A stretch of 28,615 bases of DNA from a virus (lineage: Duplodnaviria > Caudoviricetes), in IMG/VR virus record IMGVR_UViG_3300032093_000643, positions 1 to 28,615 of that record; one strand, 5' to 3'. A program made the position numbers and the translations under genes. Below the pieces are notes generated by a model that did no database searches, was not told where the DNA came from, and saw only the letters and a list, made by a program, of their open reading frames with translations. Each line of letters starts with the position of its first letter. The stretch's first letter is position 1. This document shows, in pieces, positions 27,301-28,615 of the stretch.

Positions 27301-27878
27301 TGCTATCTAATCCACTGTACATAGCTCTGGGTATTACTACTACCCTTGGTATAAATCCTTTTAGTCCTGAGACTAACAATGTTATGAACACCATAGTCAA
27401 GAGTGCTAAGAAAGATGCGATGACAGGAGAGCAACTCAAAGAGTACCAAGAAACAGGCAGAACTAAATCAGAGGCAAAGAAATACAAAGCCGAGAGAAAA
27501 GCTATGAAAGAAGAGGCTTATGGTGGCTATGAGACACTAGAAGAGTTTGAGAAAAATGACCCTGAGAAATTTGACGAATACTCTGCTCGTGGTGGTAAGT
27601 TATATAAGTACAGAGAGAGTGAGAGATTGGAAGAAGAGGAGAAGAATAAGGATAAGCCATTCAGAGGATTGAGCGAAAAGAAATTTAAAGAGCTATATCC
27701 TAGAGAGTGGAGGGAGAATTATGGCCCAGGCACTGAATACTTTAGAGAGCAGAATACTCCTGAGAAGAGAAGAGAAAGAGCGATGGAGAAAAGGGAAGAG
27801 GCTAAGCGAGAGATGCTCAGAAAGAGAAGAGAGGTGCAGGAGAAGATAAGAGAAAGACAAGAAAGATACGGAAGGTAA
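18378..27878 (+). CDS. Giant multidomain internal virion (polyvalent-type) protein containing a minimal nucleotidyltransferase domain
   Basis: 3166-aa uninterrupted ORF and last gene of the ejection block. Contains a Gly-rich hydrophobic segment (~20460-20640), acidic repeat linkers, an NTase motif GSRVYG...SDLD...D and a helical C-terminal region with hydrophobic segments. Confidence 0.8.
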   Translation: MNEEYIKSLYDWIVSQDNEFSNVSLQDFSEGLKNETYVKEIHNYLLQKDNSFASLDEFSAGLKSTQQPMAQEQQPVKKKEAFGDYGVLGYQQTEGPIQRSIKEGKPTESLSEEFSSGSQLADAYGLPVKGLEKITQTQQDVAQIEKPKSPFDLQLKQEVYAKKQEEIQKEQLRVLRETNALKQKEQEIQKEIQLEANLRSETPDFINKLSTVNTSIFDDYSNIDAIKKEFAPYGIVVEKTGFFGNKLTARSLNGEVSVEIDLSVDSNTEKAAELERLRSFIKQNNRVSEEEDFLNKALRAKNMRPSARTNDDGTQSTVKFVSFDNKVIPTLFPKVPNPKTKDDWMELPFEQALEEAKKRGEVFTFKTDKEAKDFAAGSWKEISKVDIEGDKFFKQRGRDYMSDAKKLDRYKELESIINFVEGYNLKSRTSDGYKGSALTELAKEQYPNLFIGGNKLRGDINEVVAQYKKERDLLKSQVKDMTFMKQDGTLEKTVMDFDAHLANLQREASMESAKLFREAKTDIDIIDAESLKRFNMPIETLMKENVNNIQDKQAYNNLVQKYSEAQKIAKTAAMKYDESQTYFDAKTNKEITSELSDNWNAISSSLSDGLKNGFIGDQLLALSMPGYVSWSGVKDKESAAKYISSTLAGMSGTQSRTMTRLAAATSAMDWIDVILDDPFEATTIAVGQSLSQMLPYGIKIVPAITAPSTGIGSVTGLLGGPFAPFTVTTGATAGFFTGLKMGQAVTGFATEYTNAVMEAVENNGYKALDPESLEQALNDQRVWDEARAVGLARGVPIAVVDYVTAGLAGKMIKPASKLATTSSKLSRAAAENVIIDPLAESGGELVAQGSEIVFGTGRKEIDFNEVALEGLGSIGTNVPNYVLNTYSAIKKNTDIDLAYSLTDYKNIASENVSDERISSWANNMQRLGKIDESVNQKIQENVGLRRDAKGLMSVGGKKVNDNVTARTMELLAAKKELTSSKERQEIYGEDIRAINEELSAMGKSKELLPAENQVDLSSISGIETKEVGEYMINGRRYTKQQFLDKINSSTPERLAKLNIGVKNDEEVSQTLNDKLDAFQKQTTGEVSVQPEAGIGQEMVEGEPETGLEAAPKQGLSPEESQRKEELLAAFENPSELESFTEGEPKPLIKVNDAYEDKADAQAELDALLQKEQATPEGLGAQLEIAEKEAAPVQPVETFTEQDKARQQELTDALAKADKRRKNITVGETVMPKADVKAELDALNQKELSSQQPVTEPVTETLTPEQEADKLEQMMLAKMGAPKVEAAPVTETPVTETVPITEVAPEATEEVKGSPWDIVNAEEKAYREKQQKDKDQATSDIELINNGDQKTIDKYFKKSGYVEITGNETNPNLKGRKGVYKQTGASLIIKGSKQKAALDTATNISKKKIQGLPSARVEQIVREFEKKSKQPKTEAPVTEGKVETENEKTAKRIRGKKMKGTLSTLDFGITQTVYNGALEFMARQVESGTKIGEAITATINWIDTKVGNIKWDKESFSKYMNTAAEQKKDIPELKDVNSTTKLLKKNNTILSALRDAIANINRSYVLINGIKYTKDEIKDLIYDIIGSEVDKIVDIKITGSRVYGTSKNNSDLDIIVEYEGDIREDTLFDIANGERLKIGNVRIDINPIKAEKSGTISENAIKERKYLDEVADEKYLARAYHSAKVDGTNPKLVEAVEGLLQPAKEKTPSLSDAVRSLKIKGPGGLQSNILGVPIAIWNAAVLTTANAIDAGVAVSKAVKKGVKKVKDLVKKNKLSSKITDKEIDDVILKNIFEVIRKKAKDSGFSDTGVRIYLKRNGIDDATIDMLFGAPEEASTSKLNETILPGYNEMMNKVDAMIARQIKRGTAVDKIGKNLDALLRKFDAYINATDAQKKALEQEARNRIGAAQKRAPSTGRILGAFKDITNLGRKEKSTILNNIMRLSKDAANDLANEIKAMKVNGKITISQFTAIQKRLSKVNFSNESSISSFVDYMAKVFKDAEYAEKKARANDLRSKIKQLSKNKGKFGNLTTFAAEFAKIDPAMVENIDEYIEMASNVKEGVQGSKIVRGNVIPADMVDVGKTMEYVNKMMEAQDKLVRQKAIESLQNLMDVDVSDLTYDKIVELIDLVRQEENTSGEQKEEISKKIEEFFKLNKDREKAVRDAINKMFDSYAAVIKNMFETGIDPFSDPDNPTTVEFKESDKKIVEEFMDMDLKQLDAKEALRAADALNNFIVNKSIAGMEGVLGTYRGRKNVKEVDNKGIRSKEIKMYFSPAIGRLFFEQFASVPLFFERLFKGFKAGQYVREKMGINSLINHKAEALDTANRIINKYVLQFSKMKPNNKSFQDMYNIIERGIIGDLAKTIIGDDKQVAAEFNRRKKLIEESIEVLNKGGTKKETEAAKIIKEVYDKIARDANDIAEVKANADQINVDAVQFWVDEWAKLYDQFADVALSVYNKVLDKNVNYVPDRFGFLERADKVKKDTDGTESLFFSNSNTENFYKKEAGSLMKSTPPTTLFDSSGKANMYVNLSFDTNNANALLEALIDIKTAADIRQIQAFTKSPEFENIIPSGKDASLAKDRIATLIRNIRNKRIVTDKVFRDVTRKLDRIASLGTALALAGPTQAISQTVPVAVNTLTNSVGNLKLSNLHNKAVNDFINNSGMAIANRGVEATTELETLNQKLEAVATAKTEKVARFIENINRKYLKIYLSNFDVMIARASWIAYYEQYLKKQKEYPKQGIDYSNHEMNKEAAQYAQDMVDRQQNISDKDLAGKMYQSDNPLKQFITKIAMPLSTFRMNQTTRFSNDLAVLSSKTASNEDKRIAARSLGGFAAEMATFRLVKLYIGYYVFYSIAQFIRGEEDDEEEKKKKWDNMVKGAATSVTTDVLSPAPFADIVARSGFSAVLDKVQEFIGTEEEDRYNIFTDQGKTVFESFISDLGILGIAADKATKLYENIRLGITGEFTDNYNNKKTIMEKDRELLSNPLYIALGITTTLGINPFSPETNNVMNTIVKSAKKDAMTGEQLKEYQETGRTKSEAKKYKAERKAMKEEAYGGYETLEEFEKNDPEKFDEYSARGGKLYKYRESERLEEEEKNKDKPFRGLSEKKFKELYPREWRENYGPGTEYFREQNTPEKRRERAMEKREEAKREMLRKRREVQEKIRERQERYGR
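18606..18742 (+). other. Candidate slippery site (A9) and 42-codon -1 frame extension
   Basis: GTT AAA AAA AAA GAA at 18603-18617. The -1 frame is open 18614-18742 and reads RSFWGLWRTWLPANRGSNTALDKRRKAYGIIIGRVFIGVTIS*. Confidence 0.35.
21604..21759 (+). CDS. Nested +1-frame small basic protein (MPFKS-type, 51 aa)
   Basis: ATG 21604 to TAG 21759 reads MPFKSKQQVKYLYSQKPELAKRWSKENPKQDLKQLPSKVSAPKKAKGKKNS. It has an A-rich leader (CATTAAACGATAAATTAG-ATG) and resembles small phage proteins of the MPFKSxxQxxYLY..P..AKRW...P....LP.KV type. Confidence 0.7.
   Translation: MPFKSKQQVKYLYSQKPELAKRWSKENPKQDLKQLPSKVSAPKKAKGKKNS
22131..22280 (+). repeat. Coding repeat cluster CC(T/G)GT(A/G)ACTGA (PVTE)
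   Basis: Copies at 22131, 22143, ~22236 and ~22251, a degenerate copy at ~22269, and a further copy at 22680. Confidence 0.75.
23070..23385 (+). other. Pol-beta superfamily minimal nucleotidyltransferase (MNT-like) domain within the giant protein
   Basis: ITGSRVYG (GS at 23169-23174), SDLDIIVEY (D-x-D at 23205-23213) and a third acidic residue in RIDINPI (23304-23306) give the complete hG[GS]x9-13DhD...D signature. Confidence 0.85.
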
Positions 27879-27880
27879 TA

Positions 27881-28156
27881 CTAATACCTCAGTCCTTTGC
27901 ACCAGTGCTTATAGTTTATATGGGTATCAGGATTGTCAATAGAGCTATACAGCCAGTCAAGTATCTGCCCGACTGGCTGCTTGGTATCTATGTCATAACG
28001 TATGTCATCAAAACCAAAGTACATAACATCGCCAAAGCAGGCGATTGTACCGATGTCATTAGCTACCCATGACTCTAAAATCATGTCTTGTTTTTTGCAG
28101 AACGCATCCATATATGCCTCAACTATGGATACATATTTAGTCTTTAAGCTGCTCAT
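27881..28156 (-). CDS. Hypothetical phage protein (91 aa)
   Basis: ATG with an A-rich leader. The FCKKQD..WVANDIG..FGD..DIRYDID pattern is of a kind seen in small Bacteroidota phage proteins. Convergent with the giant gene. Confidence 0.75.
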   Translation of the reverse strand: MSSLKTKYVSIVEAYMDAFCKKQDMILESWVANDIGTIACFGDVMYFGFDDIRYDIDTKQPVGQILDWLYSSIDNPDTHINYKHWCKGLRY

Positions 28157-28173
28157 TGAGTTGTTTTAAAGTT

Positions 28174-28316
28174 AAAAAAATTGCTGTCTTTCCAGCTGTC
28201 ATCGGTTGTAATCAATTACTCATTGCTTAAACATCACCGAAAGTTACTTGTGCCTCAATCCAAAGTTGAGTTAATGCATAAGACTGCGCAATCTTAGACA
28301 AAGCCGTTAGCCAAGT
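28174..28316 (-). ncRNA. Candidate structured RNA filling the intergenic gap
   Basis: Nested stems ACUUG/CAAGU, UAAGAUU/AGUCUUA, CUCAA/UUGAG, UCGGU/ACCGA and GUAA/UUAC, then a 3' GACA-GCUG-GAAAGA-CAGC hairpin followed by AA and U7. Confidence 0.5.
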
Positions 28317-28502
28317 TTATTTTTTGTAGGTTTCATTGTAGTATTGTTCGGGTTCATTCTCCACATAAGGATGAAGGAACTTATACTGGAATGCATCTTT
28401 TATCTGTTGCTTTTCCATTTCGAGGGCTTGTTCTATAATATCATCAAAATCTTCTAATGTTAATGACATTTTTTGAGATAAAAACCATTTAAGTGCTGTC
28501 AT
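28317..28502 (-). CDS. Hypothetical phage protein (61 aa)
   Basis: The TAxxW...EQALEMEKQQI...EQYYNETY pattern is common in small proteins of aquatic Bacteroidota phages. Its ATG overlaps the upstream stop. Confidence 0.75.
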   Translation of the reverse strand: MTALKWFLSQKMSLTLEDFDDIIEQALEMEKQQIKDAFQYKFLHPYVENEPEQYYNETYKK

Positions 28503-28615
28503 AGTTTTTTAGATTTAGGTGAACAACCGAGCCAAAAGGAATAGAAGAACTGACTTCGCTTATAGCCCTTTATCTTAAACTCATCCAAGGTATCCTCACA
28601 GATCTTCTTCATTAC
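28499..28615 (-). CDS. Hypothetical protein, 3' end only (probably truncated by the window edge)
   Basis: The frame is open from 28615 (VMKKICEDTLDEFKIKGYKRSQFFYSFWLGCSPKSKKL*). Its TGA forms an ATGA overlap with the next gene, suggesting translational coupling. Confidence 0.6.
   Translation of the reverse strand, partial: VMKKICEDTLDEFKIKGYKRSQFFYSFWLGCSPKSKKL

Noticed and set aside
18378-27878. Giant protein as a crAss-type virion RNA polymerase
   Set aside because: I found no DxDGD/DFDID-type catalytic motif (only MDFDAH). The architecture fits an ejection/polyvalent protein better. A profile search would be needed to exclude a very divergent polymerase.
853-27902. Numerous - strand ORFs antisense to structural genes
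   Set aside because: They are Ser/Phe/Leu-rich mirror translations of Lys/Glu-rich sense genes, with no independent evidence.
28157-28316. tRNA in the intergenic gap
   Set aside because: No T-loop GTTCRA or cloverleaf with canonical arm lengths on either strand.
1-28615. Stop-codon reassignment as seen in some crAss-like phages
   Set aside because: Genes are long and tightly packed under the standard code. TAG ends genes at 2696, 5005 and 27881 at sensible boundaries.

Overview
This window is the virion (late) module of a tailed dsDNA phage, most likely a Bacteroidota-infecting podovirus related to the crAss-like/Cellulophaga podoviruses. The + strand is tightly packed in this order: portal (5' truncated), scaffold-like protein, major capsid protein, a conserved head-module protein, two head-tail ring/adaptor proteins, a tail stabilisation (muzzle, P22 gp10-like) protein that appears split around a Cys-rich fibre-like gene, a GNAT-fold protein, three internal/ejected virion proteins and a 3166-aa giant internal protein. 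A convergent block of small - strand genes follows. A Bacteroidota host is supported by TAnnTTTG promoter boxes in intergenic gaps and A-rich starts lacking Shine-Dalgarno sequences. The most interesting part is the giant gene, which looks like a multi-layered injected-cargo locus. It carries (i) an AT-rich minimal nucleotidyltransferase domain between duplicated modules, (ii) a 51-aa basic 'MPFKS...' gene nested in the +1 frame and absent from the ORF track, (iii) an A9 slippery site opening a 42-codon -1 frame with a hydrophobic tail, and (iv) an N-terminal tandem helical tag also seen on a second, 490-aa cargo protein. A densely structured ~140-nt RNA candidate lies in the - strand intergenic gap. 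All family assignments come from motif recognition and gene order, not database searches, and GC values are hand counts.
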